From a virus: 64,000 nt of DNA. Below are positions 1-11,226 of the stretch, piece after piece. Each line of letters starts with the position of its first letter. Position 1 is the first letter of the stretch. The DNA lies in the IMG/VR virus record IMGVR_UViG_3300035703_000022, positions 64,001-128,000 of that record. The stretch is one strand, 5' to 3'. A program made the position numbers and the translations under genes. Below the pieces are notes generated by a model. The model saw nothing but the letters and a program-made list of their open reading frames with translations, had not been told where the DNA came from and made no database searches.

Positions 1-1026
1 GAACACAAAGTTCTCATGCGGTTGATCTACGGGTGCCATCCAAGCACGGAGACCTTCATTCAACAGAATGTTCTTAGTGTAGAAGGTTTCAAACTCTGGG
101 TCCTCTGCTGCACGAATCTCCTGACTTACAAAGTCGTAAGCACGAAGATTAAGGGCAAGACCAATGATACCAATACTGGAAGTCCACAGACCCATGACAG
201 GAACAAATAGCATGAAGAAATGAAGCCAACGCTTGTTACTAAAAGCAATACCAAATATCTGTGACCAGAAACGGTTTGCAGTAACCATTGAATACGTTTC
301 TTCTTCCTGTGTAGGTTCAAATGCTTTGAAAGTGTTTGCCTTATCGCCATCTTCAAATAGAGTATTTTCTACAGTTGCTCCATGAATTGCACAGAGCAGT
401 GCTCCTCCTAGTATACCAGCAACTCCCATCATATGGAAGGGGTTGAGAGTCCAGTTGTGGAAACCCTGAAGGAATAGAAGGAAGCGAAAGATAGCAGCGA
501 CACCGAAAGAGGGTGCAAAGAACCAACTGGATTGTCCCAGAGGATACATCAGGAACACAGAAACAAATACTGCGATAGGACCAGAGAATGCGATTGCATT
601 ATAAGGACGGATACCCACCAGGCGAGCAATCTCAAACTGGCGAAGCATAAATCCAATCAGAGCGAAAGATCCGTGGAGCGCCACAAAAGGCCAGAGTCCC
701 CCAAGTTGGAACCACCTGACAATATCCCCTTGAGACTCAGGACCCCAAAGTAGAAGAAGAGAATGACCCATAGCATCTGCAGGCGTTGACACAGCTGCTG
801 TAAGGAAATTAGCGCCCTCAAGGTAACTAGACGCCAACCCGTGGGTGTACCAACTTGTAACAAACGTCGTGCCAGTAAGCCAGCCACCAAGGGCAAGATA
901 AGCAGTGGGAAAAAGTAATAGTCCAGACCAACCCACAAATACAAAGCGATCTCGTTTAAGCCAGTCATCCAGGACATCGAACCATCCTCGTTGTGAAATA
1001 GGTTGTGAAAGTGTTGAAGAAGTCAT
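1..1026 (-). CDS. psbD: Photosystem II D2 protein (3' end runs off the window)
   Basis: Manual translation from ATG at 1026: [35 protein letters not shown]...[16 protein letters not shown]...[14 protein letters not shown]; no stop in window, hence missing from the ORF track. Confidence 0.97.
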   Translation of the reverse strand, partial: MTSSTLSQPISQRGWFDVLDDWLKRDRFVFVGWSGLLLFPTAYLALGGWLTGTTFVTSWYTHGLASSYLEGANFLTAAVSTPADAMGHSLLLLWGPESQGDIVRWFQLGGLWPFVALHGSFALIGFMLRQFEIARLVGIRPYNAIAFSGPIAVFVSVFLMYPLGQSSWFFAPSFGVAAIFRFLLFLQGFHNWTLNPFHMMGVAGILGGALLCAIHGATVENTLFEDGDKANTFKAFEPTQEEETYSMVTANRFWSQIFGIAFSNKRWLHFFMLFVPVMGLWTSSIGIIGLALNLRAYDFVSQEIRAAEDPEFETFYTKNILLNEGLRAWMAPVDQPHENFVF

Positions 1027-1108
1027 AACCTCCCTAGTGATTTCTCATATTTATGTTAACATAAGTTAACAAAGAGGTCAATGAGTGTTTTTACTCAATC
1101 AAAAGACT

Positions 1109-2143
1109 TTATCTAACGTGATGTCCTCCGAACATGTAACGCATTCCGTTTAAGATTTTTGCTCCGAACGATCCGAGATTGCGTGAGTTAAATCTTTCAA
1201 ATAACGCAGTAGTAATGACAGGAGCGGGAATCCCCAAGTCCACAGCGGCAGAAACAGTCCAACGACCCTCACCACTATCGGAAACTCCTCCAGAGAATTG
1301 TTTAAGGCTACCATCCCTGCGTAACACATCAGCAGTAAGATCGAGTAACCAACTACCAACCACGCTACCACGACGCCATAACTCAGCAACTTCAGCAACG
1401 TCAATATCATAGCAATAACTTTCTGGGTCTGCCATTGGAGCAACCTCAGCATCTCCTTCTCTGACATACTGAGCACCTGCATTAGCATTCTTGAGAATAT
1501 TGAATCCTTCGGCATATGCTTGCATAATGCCATACTCAATACCGTTATGCACCATCTTTACAAAGTGACCTGCACCTGAACCACCGCAATGCAACCAACC
1601 GTGTTCTGCAGAGGTTATGTCTGAGTCAAAGTTAGTTCTCGGGGCACTTGAGATGCCTGGGGCGAGTGCATTAAAAATCCTTGCACAAGTGGCGACCGCA
1701 GTATCTCCGCCACCAACCATAAGACAGTATCCACGATCCAAACCGTAAACACCACCGCTAGTGCCACAATCAATATATTGGATACCCATCTTTGCCAGAC
1801 GTTCTGCTCTCTTCCGACTGTCTTTAAAATTGCTATTGCCATGATCAATAATAATATCTCCCTCACTACAATATCGTAATAACTCATTGATTGTCTCCTC
1901 TACTGTTTCGGCAGGAACAACCATTTGAAAAATTCCCGGTTGAGTGCCACCTTTTTTATTTTGTTTAACTACTTTAACAAGATTTTCAATAGTAGTTGCA
2001 ATTCCATCCACATATCCCTTTTCATATGCTTCGTTTGCTTTCTCATAATTCCTCCGATAACCCCAAACTTCTATTCCTGCTTTCATCATACGACGGGACA
2101 TTCCTTCACCCATTCGCCCTAGTCCAATTAATCCTACTTTCAT
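1109..2143 (-). CDS. gnd: 6-phosphogluconate dehydrogenase (short type)
   Basis: GLIGLGRMG Rossmann motif, IIDHGNS, DCGTSGG, GHFVKMVHNGIEYG. Confidence 0.95.
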   Translation of the reverse strand: MKVGLIGLGRMGEGMSRRMMKAGIEVWGYRRNYEKANEAYEKGYVDGIATTIENLVKVVKQNKKGGTQPGIFQMVVPAETVEETINELLRYCSEGDIIIDHGNSNFKDSRKRAERLAKMGIQYIDCGTSGGVYGLDRGYCLMVGGGDTAVATCARIFNALAPGISSAPRTNFDSDITSAEHGWLHCGGSGAGHFVKMVHNGIEYGIMQAYAEGFNILKNANAGAQYVREGDAEVAPMADPESYCYDIDVAEVAELWRRGSVVGSWLLDLTADVLRRDGSLKQFSGGVSDSGEGRWTVSAAVDLGIPAPVITTALFERFNSRNLGSFGAKILNGMRYMFGGHHVR

Positions 2144-2350
2144 TTAACCCTCCCAAGATTCATATTCTTCTCTAAAATACCTATCAACCTTATTTAAATC
2201 ATCAAGATGAATATCACAAGTATAGTTATGATCATCACACCACTGTAAAGCAAATGCATGAAATCTTTCTTCACTTTTTATTTTATTAACTCCATATATT
2301 CTTGATAATGATGACATTACAAAATGCCAACATTGATGCTCTTTCTTCAT
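2144..2350 (-). CDS. hypothetical protein
   Basis: 68-aa ORF packed between neighbours with coupled start/stop. Confidence 0.7.
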   Translation of the reverse strand: MKKEHQCWHFVMSSLSRIYGVNKIKSEERFHAFALQWCDDHNYTCDIHLDDLNKVDRYFREEYESWEG

Positions 2351-2550
2351 GATCTAGTTGGAATATATTCAATATCTTTAAGTAGTTCCTGAAGAATTTC
2401 TCCATACTCTTTAAATCTTTTATCACCAGCAATAAAACATCTTTGTCTAGTCCAAATAGCATCTGCCATTAATTTAAGTTGATCTTCGGTGAAAGCGAAT
2501 TCTTTCATTTGGTTTCTCCAATTTCTTTTTGCTTTAGAACTTGATCCCAA
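2347..2550 (-). CDS. hypothetical protein (probable start near 2508, MKEFAF)
   Basis: ORF coupled to the talC stop. Confidence 0.65.
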   Translation of the reverse strand: MGSSSKAKRNWRNQMKEFAFTEDQLKLMADAIWTRQRCFIAGDKRFKEYGEILQELLKDIEYIPTRS

Positions 2551-3179
2551 TCTTTTTGGAATAATTCCAATCCTTTTTCAGTCATAATATTCTTATACAT
2601 TCCCCAAAATACAACTGGAGGAATAGTAACTACATCAGCACCTGCAAGAGCAGATTGTTCTACTTGTCTTACATCACGAAGAGATGCTGCAAGGATTTGT
2701 GTAGATGTTCCTGAGTAATCAAATGCCTTACGAATATTTTTGATAAGTTCAATTCCATCAATTGAATTATCCATCCATCTTCCAACGAATGGTGAGATGA
2801 ATGTTGCACCTGCTTTGGATGCAAGAATTGCTTGTGCTACTGAGAACACTAAGGTTACATTAACTTGAATTCCTTTATCAGAAAGAAACTTACATGCCTT
2901 AAGTCCCTCTACAGTACAAGGAACTTTAATTGTAACAGAGGGTGCGATTGAATAATACTTTTGTGCTTGTGAAAGCATTTCTTCTGAAGTGTCAGCAACA
3001 ATTTCTGCGGAAATACTTTGTAAATTTGAAAAGTCTGTTGCAATCTCTTGAATTACTTGTAGTAGTTGTCTTCCGCTTTTGAGAATTAAAGATGGATTTG
3101 TAGTCACTCCATCCAATAATCCAGTATCATATGTTGATTTAATTAATGAGACATCGGCAGTATCTAGAAAAATCTTCAT
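2505..3179 (-). CDS. talC: Transaldolase (TalC/FsaA family)
   Basis: MKIFLDTAD, GVTTNPSL, IKVP, VNVTLVFS, ISPFVGR. Confidence 0.96.
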   Translation of the reverse strand: MKIFLDTADVSLIKSTYDTGLLDGVTTNPSLILKSGRQLLQVIQEIATDFSNLQSISAEIVADTSEEMLSQAQKYYSIAPSVTIKVPCTVEGLKACKFLSDKGIQVNVTLVFSVAQAILASKAGATFISPFVGRWMDNSIDGIELIKNIRKAFDYSGTSTQILAASLRDVRQVEQSALAGADVVTIPPVVFWGMYKNIMTEKGLELFQKDWDQVLKQKEIGETK

Positions 3180-3255
3180 ATAAAAAGATAAAACTCATCA
3201 CTAATTATAATAAGTTCTCACTAAGATGTTAGATTTTGTTATGAATTAAAGACAT

Positions 3256-3282
3256 AAAAAAAGAGGGTTGTCACACCCTCTT
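3256..3282 (-). terminator. Intrinsic terminator after psbA
   Basis: Minus strand AAGAGGGT-loop-ACCCTCTT followed by a T run. Confidence 0.7.
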
Positions 3283-3311
3283 ATTATATCAGTTATTCAG
3301 TTTTTACTTTA

Positions 3312-4394
3312 TCAACCGATGGTAGGAGCAGTGAGAGCAACAGGGGTGCTTTCAGCAGCAGCAAGATCCAACGGAAAATTGTGGGCGTTGCGCTCGTGCA
3401 TTACCTCCATTCCGAGTCCAGCACGGTTCAGGACATCAGCCCAGGTATTCAGAACACGACCCTGACTATCAACGATAGACTGGTTGAAGTTGAAACCGTT
3501 GAGGTTAAATGCCATGGTGCTAACACCAAGAGCAGTGAACCAGATACCAACTACAGGCCAGGCAGCAAGGAAGAAGTGAAGTGAACGAGAGTTGTTGAAC
3601 GAAGCGTATTGGAAGATCAGACGACCAAAGTAACCGTGTGCAGCAACAATGTTGTAGGTCTCTTCTTCTTGACCGAACTTGTAACCATAGTTCTGTGACT
3701 CGTTCTCAGTGGTTTCACGAACCAGTGAGGAAGTAACCAGAGAACCGTGCATAGCACTGAACAGAGAACCACCGAAGACACCAGCAACTCCAAGCATGTG
3801 GAAGGGGTGCATCAGGATGTTGTGTTCTGCCTGGAACACAAGCATATAGTTGAAAGTACCAGAGATACCCAAAGGCATCGCATCAGAGAAAGAACCTTGA
3901 CCGAAAGGATAGACCAAGAACACTGCAGAAGCAGCAGCAACAGGTGCGCTATAAGCAACACAGATCCAAGGACGCATACCTAGACGGTAAGAGAGTTCCC
4001 ACTCGCGGCCCATGTAGGCGTAGATGCCAATCAGGAAGTGGAAGACAACAAGTTGGAAAGGACCACCGTTGTAAAGCCACTCATCTAGGGAAGCAGCTTC
4101 CCAGATAGGATAAAAGTGCAGTCCAATTGCGTTGGACGAAGGAATAACAGCACCAGAGATGATGTTGTTTCCGTACATGAGTGAACCAGCAACGGGTTCA
4201 CGGATACCATCAATGTCCACAGGAGGAGCACCGATGAATGCGATAATGAAACAAGTTGTAGCAGCAAGTAGGCAAGGAATCATCAGAACTCCGAACCAAC
4301 CCACATAAAGGCGGTTGTCGGTTGACGTAACCCAGTTGCAGAACTGTTCCCAAATATTCGATTGTGATTGTTGACGTGAAAGTGTAGCAGTCAT
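3312..4394 (-). CDS. psbA: Photosystem II D1 protein
   Basis: 360 aa; [34 protein letters not shown]; uninterrupted. Confidence 0.99.
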   Translation of the reverse strand: MTATLSRQQSQSNIWEQFCNWVTSTDNRLYVGWFGVLMIPCLLAATTCFIIAFIGAPPVDIDGIREPVAGSLMYGNNIISGAVIPSSNAIGLHFYPIWEAASLDEWLYNGGPFQLVVFHFLIGIYAYMGREWELSYRLGMRPWICVAYSAPVAAASAVFLVYPFGQGSFSDAMPLGISGTFNYMLVFQAEHNILMHPFHMLGVAGVFGGSLFSAMHGSLVTSSLVRETTENESQNYGYKFGQEEETYNIVAAHGYFGRLIFQYASFNNSRSLHFFLAAWPVVGIWFTALGVSTMAFNLNGFNFNQSIVDSQGRVLNTWADVLNRAGLGMEVMHERNAHNFPLDLAAAESTPVALTAPTIG

Positions 4395-4408
4395 TTGTTT
4401 AAAACGTT

Positions 4409-4516
4409 AGTAAGACCATCAGGGAAATGGTGGAGTTACTATGTTCCCGCCACCCTCAGGCGGGATATGAGAGACGTAATTTATACACCCTAGAGGTCCC
4501 GGTTTGCGGGGTGTTT
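4409..4516 (-). ncRNA. Structured psbA 5' leader, PhotoRC-II-like motif
   Basis: Minus-strand hairpins ACACCC/GGGTGT, TCCCGCC/GGCGGGA and CCAT/ATGG directly upstream of psbA; resembles the cyanophage PhotoRC-II motif as recalled. Confidence 0.75.
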
Positions 4517-4632
4517 ATCAATGTTAAGATTTATGAGAAATCCGTAACATTTGTTTACCTATTTATCATACTACGGTTTCCAGAAAGAGTCAAGAGCCTA
4601 GACAAAAAAAAATCCCCTTGCGGGAGAAGAGA

Positions 4633-5169
4633 TCAAACTGACAATGCAGGGGTAGAAGTTTTTACATATTCCAGAAGTTTTTCGGGAGTAGACCATACAT
4701 AAGGATCTTCAGAAGCATTATCTTGTTTACCATCTTCCATGAAGATTTGTTCGATCACACCGTCATTAATGACAGCAGCATAACGCCAAGAACGAGATGC
4801 GAAACCAAGATTAAACTTCTTTACGAGCATACCCATAGCACTAGTGAATTCACCGTTACCATCGGGAATGAGTTTTACATTCTCAATATTCTGGTCTTTA
4901 GCCCATGCGTTCATCACAAAGGCATCATTAACAGACAGACAATAGATTTCATCAATGCCTGATTCTTTAAATTCGTTGTAGTTCTCCTCATAACCAGGGA
5001 GTTGATAAGCACTACAAGTAGGAGTGAATGCTCCAGGAAGTGCAAAGAGAACTACTTTCTTTCCGTTGAAAAGTTCTTCACTAGATCGAGTTACGAACTC
5101 ACCATTTTCACGGAACATAAAGTCCACTGAAGGGACTATAGATTTTTCTTCAGGTGTTAGTTGAGGCAT
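4633..5169 (-). CDS. Peroxiredoxin (Prx5/type II)
   Basis: LPGAFTPTCS, SVNDAFVMNAW, RSWRYA. Confidence 0.93.
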   Translation of the reverse strand: MPQLTPEEKSIVPSVDFMFRENGEFVTRSSEELFNGKKVVLFALPGAFTPTCSAYQLPGYEENYNEFKESGIDEIYCLSVNDAFVMNAWAKDQNIENVKLIPDGNGEFTSAMGMLVKKFNLGFASRSWRYAAVINDGVIEQIFMEDGKQDNASEDPYVWSTPEKLLEYVKTSTPALSV

Positions 5170-5356
5170 GTTTTTGTTTTAATTCAGGATTAGGGGTACA
5201 AATAAGTTTTTCTTTAACAGGTTTAATAACGATAAACTTATCATTTTTAAGAGTGCCTGCGATCTTGACTTCTAGTTTTACATCTCGATCCCAAGCACCC
5301 GATTCTATAAGTTCTTGGAGGGCAAGATTGAATTGCCCAATCATTCCCGCACTCAC
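5150..5356 (-). CDS. hypothetical protein
   Basis: 68-aa ORF overlapping both neighbours. Confidence 0.65.
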   Translation of the reverse strand: MSAGMIGQFNLALQELIESGAWDRDVKLEVKIAGTLKNDKFIVIKPVKEKLICTPNPELKQKHASTNT

Positions 5357-5646
5357 AGGTTTTCTTCCTGTTCAGTAAGAATTACACAATCAGATTTGGG
5401 ATAAGCAACACAAGTGAGCACCCAACCATCTGTTAGTTGATCATCATCGAGGAACGATTGCTCCTCGTTATCAACTTCACCTTCAATCAGTTTACCAGCA
5501 CAAGCAGAGCAAGCACCAGCTTTACATGACGAAGGAAGGTCTACGCCTGCTTCTTCAGCAGCTTCAAGAATGTATTGATCCTCAGCACACTGAATAGTTT
5601 GCTCAGTGCCATCGGGGGAACGAAGGGTAATGTTATAAACAGTCAT
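5353..5646 (-). CDS. petF: Plant-type [2Fe-2S] ferredoxin
   Basis: [15 protein letters not shown]...VLTCVAYP. Confidence 0.97.
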   Translation of the reverse strand: MTVYNITLRSPDGTEQTIQCAEDQYILEAAEEAGVDLPSSCKAGACSACAGKLIEGEVDNEEQSFLDDDQLTDGWVLTCVAYPKSDCVILTEQEENL

Positions 5647-5713
5647 ATTTAAAAAATAAATTTCAAAAATAGTTTATCAAGAAATTATTAAAGAGTCAAC
5701 CTGTCGTTAAGAA

Positions 5714-5833
5714 TCACCAAACACCAGGAATGATCTGTCCAGTGGTGAAGTAAGTACCAACAGCAATGACGAAACCGAGCATTGCCAGACGAGCGTTGAG
5801 GATCTCTGCCTCGGGGGTAAATCCAAATTTCAT
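5714..5833 (-). CDS. hli: High-light inducible protein (39 aa, not in ORF track)
   Basis: MKFGFTPEAEILNARLAMLGF... with ExxNxRxAM chlorophyll-binding motif; SD AAGGAG upstream. Confidence 0.92.
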   Translation of the reverse strand: MKFGFTPEAEILNARLAMLGFVIAVGTYFTTGQIIPGVW

Positions 5834-5844
5834 TTTAGTTCTCC

Positions 5845-5931
5845 TTAGTAAGTTTCAGAAAGTTTTTCTACAGAAATTGCCAACAAAACAAAGAAGGCAA
5901 TACTAGTAATTGTAAAGATTACTTCAGTCAT
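5845..5931 (-). CDS. 28-aa single-TM peptide
   Basis: MTEVIFTITSIAFFVLLAISVEKLSETY fills the gap between the two hli genes. Confidence 0.6.
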   Translation of the reverse strand: MTEVIFTITSIAFFVLLAISVEKLSETY

Positions 5932-5939
5932 CGTCCGTC

Positions 5940-6143
5940 TCAGAAGATACCGAAGAAGAGTTTATTGGTGAATAGATAAGAAATTGCACCAGCAATAATA
6001 CCCATCATAGCCCAACGACCATTATACATTTCAGTGGTCTGCATAGGAGTCAAAAGGCCTTTACGGTTATACTCCTGATAAACCATTTGAGGTTCTACTG
6101 CCCACATGTTTTGTTGACCACGATCATTAGTTGTTACAGTCAT
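5940..6143 (-). CDS. hli: High-light inducible protein
   Basis: EMYNGRWAMMG motif plus TM helix. Confidence 0.9.
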   Translation of the reverse strand: MTVTTNDRGQQNMWAVEPQMVYQEYNRKGLLTPMQTTEMYNGRWAMMGIIAGAISYLFTNKLFFGIF

Positions 6144-6259
6144 GTTACTTTTGTAAAGATTTACAACAATATTATATAGGAAATCTAAAGAAAAAACAAG
6201 GGGGGAAACCCACCCTTGTTAGAGAATTGTGACTTTAGTAAGTATAAATGATTACTATA

Positions 6260-7753
6260 TCAGAAACGGAAAGTAGTCTGAATCACACCACCAAAGTTAG
6301 AAGAGGTATCAGCAAGTGCCTGATTGTTCGACACATAGAACACCGCAGGAGTAACGGTAATGTTATCACTCACACGATACTTGTAGAACAATTCCCACAT
6401 CGTTGCTTCCTTAGTAAGACCTTCTGCATTACCAGGTTGACCGATAGCGAAACCAGCGGAGTTACCCTTAGCAAACACATCAGACCACTGGAGACCAGCG
6501 TACCAGGTTTGAGAATCGGTAGCACCATTAGGAGTTGATTTGCCTTCTGCATTCAGACTTACGGTGTTCCAACCATAACCACCGCTCACAGAAGGAATGA
6601 TGCCAGACTTAGAAGGTTGCCAGTAAGCACTCAGAGCATAACCATTAGAGGTTTGTCCAGGAGCAAGAGCACCAGAAGAACCCAGAACGCCATTGAAGGT
6701 ACGAACACGAGTGCCTTCAGTACCATAACGATAACCAAATGCAACACCGTAGTTAGGAGCACGATAACCAATCTGGGCAAGAGTGTTCAGAGAACCCTTT
6801 TCATTGAACTCACCTTTGGTAGAATCAGAACCACCTTGGGCAACATAGTTCACACCAGCAACGAATCCTTTCTTACCCTGAACCCACTGAGCACCGAAAC
6901 CAGAACCAGTTGCCTTGTTATAGACGCCAGGGGCCCCAGCAAGTTGGAAGAAGTCCAGAACATCCGACTTATAAACAGAAGGAATCCAGGTCATTTCAGT
7001 ATTACGAACCAGAGCACCAGCAGTCAGAGTCACACCCTTAGTAAGTGCAGGGAAACTATAGTAGAGACGATCCAGTTTAACGGCATCGGCAGTGCTCTCT
7101 GCCTTATCCAGTTTAAACAAAGACGAAGAGGAACCAAAGGGTTGTGAGGAGAAGTTACCCGAACGCAGACGAGTGCGAAGCAGATCTTTACCAGTGAACG
7201 AGGTATCAAAGTTCAGGCGAAGATCATAGTTGAATGCAGTGTTGCCAACATTCGTACTAGCAGTTTTTCCAGGAGTCCAAGCATTACTCACACCACCAAG
7301 AACGAAAGATGCTTCACCCTTGAGTTTGGTGGTGGTGGAGAACTGAGTTGCTTCCAGAGCACCAACCTTTGTTTCCAGTTTAGTAACACGACCTTGAATA
7401 ACAGTAAGTTCATCACGGAACTCGTTAGCAAGACGTTGAAGTTCATCAGTAACTTCAGTCACACGGTCAAGGCAAGCATTCAGAAGTGCTGCTGCCTCAT
7501 AACGAGTCATTGCACGACCACCACCAAAAGTGCCGTTGGGATAACCAGCAACACAACCATAACGATCTACAAGGTTGCTGAGTGCTTGGTATGCCCAATC
7601 GGTGGGTTGCACATCAGAAAGTTGCGAAACACTTGTAACCTGTTCCGAGGAATATTGGTTGACTGCTGCCATATTGAGGTCTGCGGCATTCGCAGCAACA
7701 GGAGAAACCATTCCCAGAGCAACAGGTGCAAGCATCAGTTGTTTGAGTTTCAT
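6260..7753 (-). CDS. Cyanobacterial-type outer membrane porin (SLH domain + OprB-like barrel)
   Basis: Signal peptide MKLKQLML...ANA, SDVQPTDWAYQAL, TRYEAAA, FSTTTKLKG, C-terminal TTFRF; start set at the ATG at 7753. Confidence 0.92.
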   Translation of the reverse strand: MKLKQLMLAPVALGMVSPVAANAADLNMAAVNQYSSEQVTSVSQLSDVQPTDWAYQALSNLVDRYGCVAGYPNGTFGGGRAMTRYEAAALLNACLDRVTEVTDELQRLANEFRDELTVIQGRVTKLETKVGALEATQFSTTTKLKGEASFVLGGVSNAWTPGKTASTNVGNTAFNYDLRLNFDTSFTGKDLLRTRLRSGNFSSQPFGSSSSLFKLDKAESTADAVKLDRLYYSFPALTKGVTLTAGALVRNTEMTWIPSVYKSDVLDFFQLAGAPGVYNKATGSGFGAQWVQGKKGFVAGVNYVAQGGSDSTKGEFNEKGSLNTLAQIGYRAPNYGVAFGYRYGTEGTRVRTFNGVLGSSGALAPGQTSNGYALSAYWQPSKSGIIPSVSGGYGWNTVSLNAEGKSTPNGATDSQTWYAGLQWSDVFAKGNSAGFAIGQPGNAEGLTKEATMWELFYKYRVSDNITVTPAVFYVSNNQALADTSSNFGGVIQTTFRF

Positions 7754-7864
7754 AAAAATTTGTTTTGTTCTATAGGACATAGTGGTTAACCGTGCAAGTA
7801 GTTGCGGCACGGTTAAGTCTGACAATCTTAACAGTTTCTTTGGATTCTGTCAACTAAGAAAAGG

Positions 7865-8686
7865 TTAAGAAGTTTGTTGTTGAGCCTCAGAGGTTCTTCC
7901 TAGATATGGATCAAAGTCCATAAGTTTTTCAATTTCTAAGTCAGAACCGCGAGTTTCCCAAAGATTTCGGAGTCCATCGTGAGATCCTCTATGAAAAATT
8001 TCAATGTGTTCTGGATGAATTGAAGAGCCCAGTTCAATTCTATACAAGAACAAAGGAATAGCAAAAGTGTTTCCAGAATTATAAATCAAATCATCAGCAA
8101 CAGCACGAGGTTTAATTGCGTGATCTAATTTATATTTGTCGCCACGGCAGTGAAGTCGAACAACTTTCTCTGCATGATGTCGAGTAATGATATAACAAGC
8201 TGTGGAAAAATCATTAACAAACCTACGGTGTAGGTTTACATGAAGAGTTCCAGGACAAATAATTGCAAGTTGAACTACATCATAATCATAAGGAAGTCTT
8301 GCAACAAATTGATTCCAAGTAAAGTTCCAATATTTTGCAGTACTAATATCCACATCGTCTTCCATGACAATGCAATACGGAGAATCGGAAGTTTCCAGAT
8401 AATGTTTGAGAAGTTTAAGATGAGAAGTAACACAACCAACTTCACCGGAACTCATATTTGCCGGATATCTTCCGTGAATAATATCACTTAGATCATCTTC
8501 ACGACCATCATATGCAGAGATTCGTTCATAGTTTTCAATGTCCCAATAAGAAAACATCGATTCCATGTAATCTTGCCTCTCAGGTTGACCATCTAGATTA
8601 ATATAATAGATGGGTCCAATACCTTTCAATTTATATGCAGATTTGTTTTTGTCCATTACAACGGATTCCATCAGATAACTTCCCAT
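7865..8686 (-). CDS. Glycosyltransferase family 25
   Basis: YYINLD..ER, GEVGCVTSH, VMEDDV. Confidence 0.85.
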   Translation of the reverse strand: MGSYLMESVVMDKNKSAYKLKGIGPIYYINLDGQPERQDYMESMFSYWDIENYERISAYDGREDDLSDIIHGRYPANMSSGEVGCVTSHLKLLKHYLETSDSPYCIVMEDDVDISTAKYWNFTWNQFVARLPYDYDVVQLAIICPGTLHVNLHRRFVNDFSTACYIITRHHAEKVVRLHCRGDKYKLDHAIKPRAVADDLIYNSGNTFAIPLFLYRIELGSSIHPEHIEIFHRGSHDGLRNLWETRGSDLEIEKLMDFDPYLGRTSEAQQQTS

Positions 8687-9525
8687 CCCTCACAATAAAG
8701 ATCGTCGGTCTTATTATGTGCGTATGCAGGCCCAAACCAATTCTTAGGTGCTACAATTTTACCAGCACCATTTTGTAACCATGCGCCCCACCATGAGAGT
8801 GTAGAGTTTGCAATGATTCCACCTTTACAATTAGCCATAATGCAAAGATCAACATAAGGAGTATAGGATCCATCAGGATACTTTTCTTCTGGAGTGGAAA
8901 CATAAAAACGATCCGGTTTAAAAAGTTCTTGTTCCATTACCCATTCTGGAGAATCGGAAACAACTACTACTTCTTGGTCTTCTGGGAAGAGTTTAAGAGC
9001 TTTCTCATAATATTCAAGGGATTGTGGCGGATGTTGATCGGAACATTCAGTATAAGCCCATTTAAATCCTCTAGCATCTACCAGATTAGGATCTCCACGA
9101 CGGACATGAAGGAAGATAGGATCTTTCAGATCACTCAAAAATCCTTTAACAGGTTCGCTTAAATCAGTATGAAATCTAAAGTCATTGCGAATTTCATCTT
9201 TGATGTGTGCAAAATACTTTTCTGTCTGAAAAAATCCATGTATAGACACATCATTAGGACAAAGTTGAAGAAGTTCTTCATCAAAATGAAAATATTTTTC
9301 AGCAACTATCGGGGCAAATCCACGATCAAGAATATAGAGATTAGTTGATTTTACACTTTCCAATACAAAACAATTAGATAAACTATAATTATCAACCCTT
9401 TTTGTATTATAGGGTGGAATACACCAATCATATCCTTTTGCAGCTGCGATTCCTCGTAAAGCTGCATATTGGAACATCTGGTTTCCCAAACGGCCAATAT
9501 TACCCAATTCATTAAAAGCTAACAT
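8671..9525 (-). CDS. GT11 alpha-1,2-fucosyltransferase-like
   Basis: GRLGNQMFQYA, HVRRGD, IIANSTLSWWGAWL. Confidence 0.92.
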   Translation of the reverse strand: MLAFNELGNIGRLGNQMFQYAALRGIAAAKGYDWCIPPYNTKRVDNYSLSNCFVLESVKSTNLYILDRGFAPIVAEKYFHFDEELLQLCPNDVSIHGFFQTEKYFAHIKDEIRNDFRFHTDLSEPVKGFLSDLKDPIFLHVRRGDPNLVDARGFKWAYTECSDQHPPQSLEYYEKALKLFPEDQEVVVVSDSPEWVMEQELFKPDRFYVSTPEEKYPDGSYTPYVDLCIMANCKGGIIANSTLSWWGAWLQNGAGKIVAPKNWFGPAYAHNKTDDLYCEGWEVI

Positions 9526-10333
9526 TTAATTGTTCTCCTCTTTTTTTAATATATTCTTGTTGTTGATAATAAGATTGTAATTTTGGTGCATCCCAAGTTC
9601 TAATATTTTGCCAAAGATTATGATTGTCCATGAATTTGGGATTATGATAGTGTGAATTAAAAGTTCTACCATGTTCAAAATGATAGATGTCTTCATTAAC
9701 TCTTGCTATTTTAAGTCCAAAACAATTCAATCTGTAATAAAACTCACAGTCCTCTGCTCCCCAGGAAATAAAATTTTCATTCCATAAACCAACTTTAATT
9801 TCGGATTCTTTTTTTATCATTTGCCCCCAACCTATTGAGGAAGCTACTCTAAATTTGGAGTCAGTAAGAATTGAAAAGTCAAAATTAGAATCCAAAAATT
9901 GATTAAAAGTTGATTCGGAATAATTTACAGCCCACTGATAAACTCCACATCCAAATGGATAAACTGCATCAATTCCATCATTTTTAATTGCATTATAAGC
10001 AATTACATAACTTTGTATTGGTAAAACTATATCTACATCATGATTATAAACGATTTCAGTTTCAGAAGCAACTAAAAGATCATTGAGAATACGAGTCTTG
10101 TGGAAGAATTTTTCATCACTTTCTTCGTATATATGAGTTAATTGATCAGTACTAATATACTTACGAATTACAGGAAGAGCTCTAAATTTAAAATGAGAGT
10201 GAGAATCAACTTCCTTCAAAATAACTTTTGATTCTGGAAAATTTTTAAGTAAATATGTTACTGAAGTAATAACATTTTTTAGTCTATCTTCAGACTCAAT
10301 TCTACAAGGCAATAAAAAAGTTAAATCTTTCAT
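9512..10333 (-). CDS. Glycosyltransferase (GT2/GT7 C-terminal type)
   Basis: HDVD, WNENFISWGAEDCEF, YHFEH. Confidence 0.8.
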   Translation of the reverse strand: MKDLTFLLPCRIESEDRLKNVITSVTYLLKNFPESKVILKEVDSHSHFKFRALPVIRKYISTDQLTHIYEESDEKFFHKTRILNDLLVASETEIVYNHDVDIVLPIQSYVIAYNAIKNDGIDAVYPFGCGVYQWAVNYSESTFNQFLDSNFDFSILTDSKFRVASSIGWGQMIKKESEIKVGLWNENFISWGAEDCEFYYRLNCFGLKIARVNEDIYHFEHGRTFNSHYHNPKFMDNHNLWQNIRTWDAPKLQSYYQQQEYIKKRGEQLNVSF

Positions 10334-11226
10334 TCTTCTGCGGCAATGGGGGAAGGATCATTATAAAGTTTAACCCATCGTTGTGGGATCATATCTTTCA
10401 TATTATAGTGGGAATAAGCAGACCCAAACCAAGGATCTGGTACAACAACTTTACCAGTATCATTTTGTAACCATGCGCCCCACCAACTTAAAGAAGAGTT
10501 AGCAATAATTGCACCACCACACAAACTCATGAGACAAAGATCGATGTAGGGGACGGCAGCACCGTCTCCGAAAGTCTCATAAGAAGAGTCTGAGAAATGG
10601 AAACGATCTCCTTGCAACCAATCTTGGCGCTTACACCAATCAATAAGATCGGAAACAACAATAATATTCTTATCTTCTGGAAACTCTTTTAGAGCTTCAA
10701 TATAATATTCCTTCTTACAGAGGGGATGATACTCCTGAACCATTTGATAAGACCACTTCTCTCCTCTGCGACCAGTTAAATTTGGTGATCCACGACGAAC
10801 ATGAAGGAAGATACAATTCTCTCTACCACCAAGAGAATCAATATATTCTTGGCAAGGTTCCATATAATAACTCTTGAAAGTAAAATCTTCTCGGATACTA
10901 TCTGAAATGGATTCAAAATATCTTTCTGTCTGGAAGTTACCAGAGAAATTAGTGTTGTCTTCACACTTATTGAAGATTTCTTCATTAAAGTGCATATCAC
11001 GATACTCTACAGTTTTGTAGAAAGGTTCCCCAGTGTTCTTCTCTATATTACAATTGGTTAGTTCAAATGCATCAAACAACCCATAGTTGTCTAAACGATC
11101 TGCATCTGGGCCAGGAACTACCCAATCAAATCCGCGATTTGCAGAAAGACCACGAATAAATGCATATTGAAACATTTGGTTTCCAAGGCGACCCTCGTTA
11201 CCAAGTCCTTTAAATGATACGGCCAT
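10330..11226 (-). CDS. GT11 alpha-1,2-fucosyltransferase-like
   Basis: GRLGNQMFQYA, HVRRG, IIANSSLSWWGAWL. Confidence 0.92.
   Translation of the reverse strand: MAVSFKGLGNEGRLGNQMFQYAFIRGLSANRGFDWVVPGPDADRLDNYGLFDAFELTNCNIEKNTGEPFYKTVEYRDMHFNEEIFNKCEDNTNFSGNFQTERYFESISDSIREDFTFKSYYMEPCQEYIDSLGGRENCIFLHVRRGSPNLTGRRGEKWSYQMVQEYHPLCKKEYYIEALKEFPEDKNIIVVSDLIDWCKRQDWLQGDRFHFSDSSYETFGDGAAVPYIDLCLMSLCGGAIIANSSLSWWGAWLQNDTGKVVVPDPWFGSAYSHYNMKDMIPQRWVKLYNDPSPIAAEE

Noticed and set aside
16-977. Short ORF-track ORFs over the first kb
   Set aside because: Alternative frames of psbD, which the track missed because its stop lies outside the window.
3312-4394. Intron or homing endonuclease in psbA, or an unusual D1
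   Set aside because: Continuous 360-aa frame with ordinary motifs.
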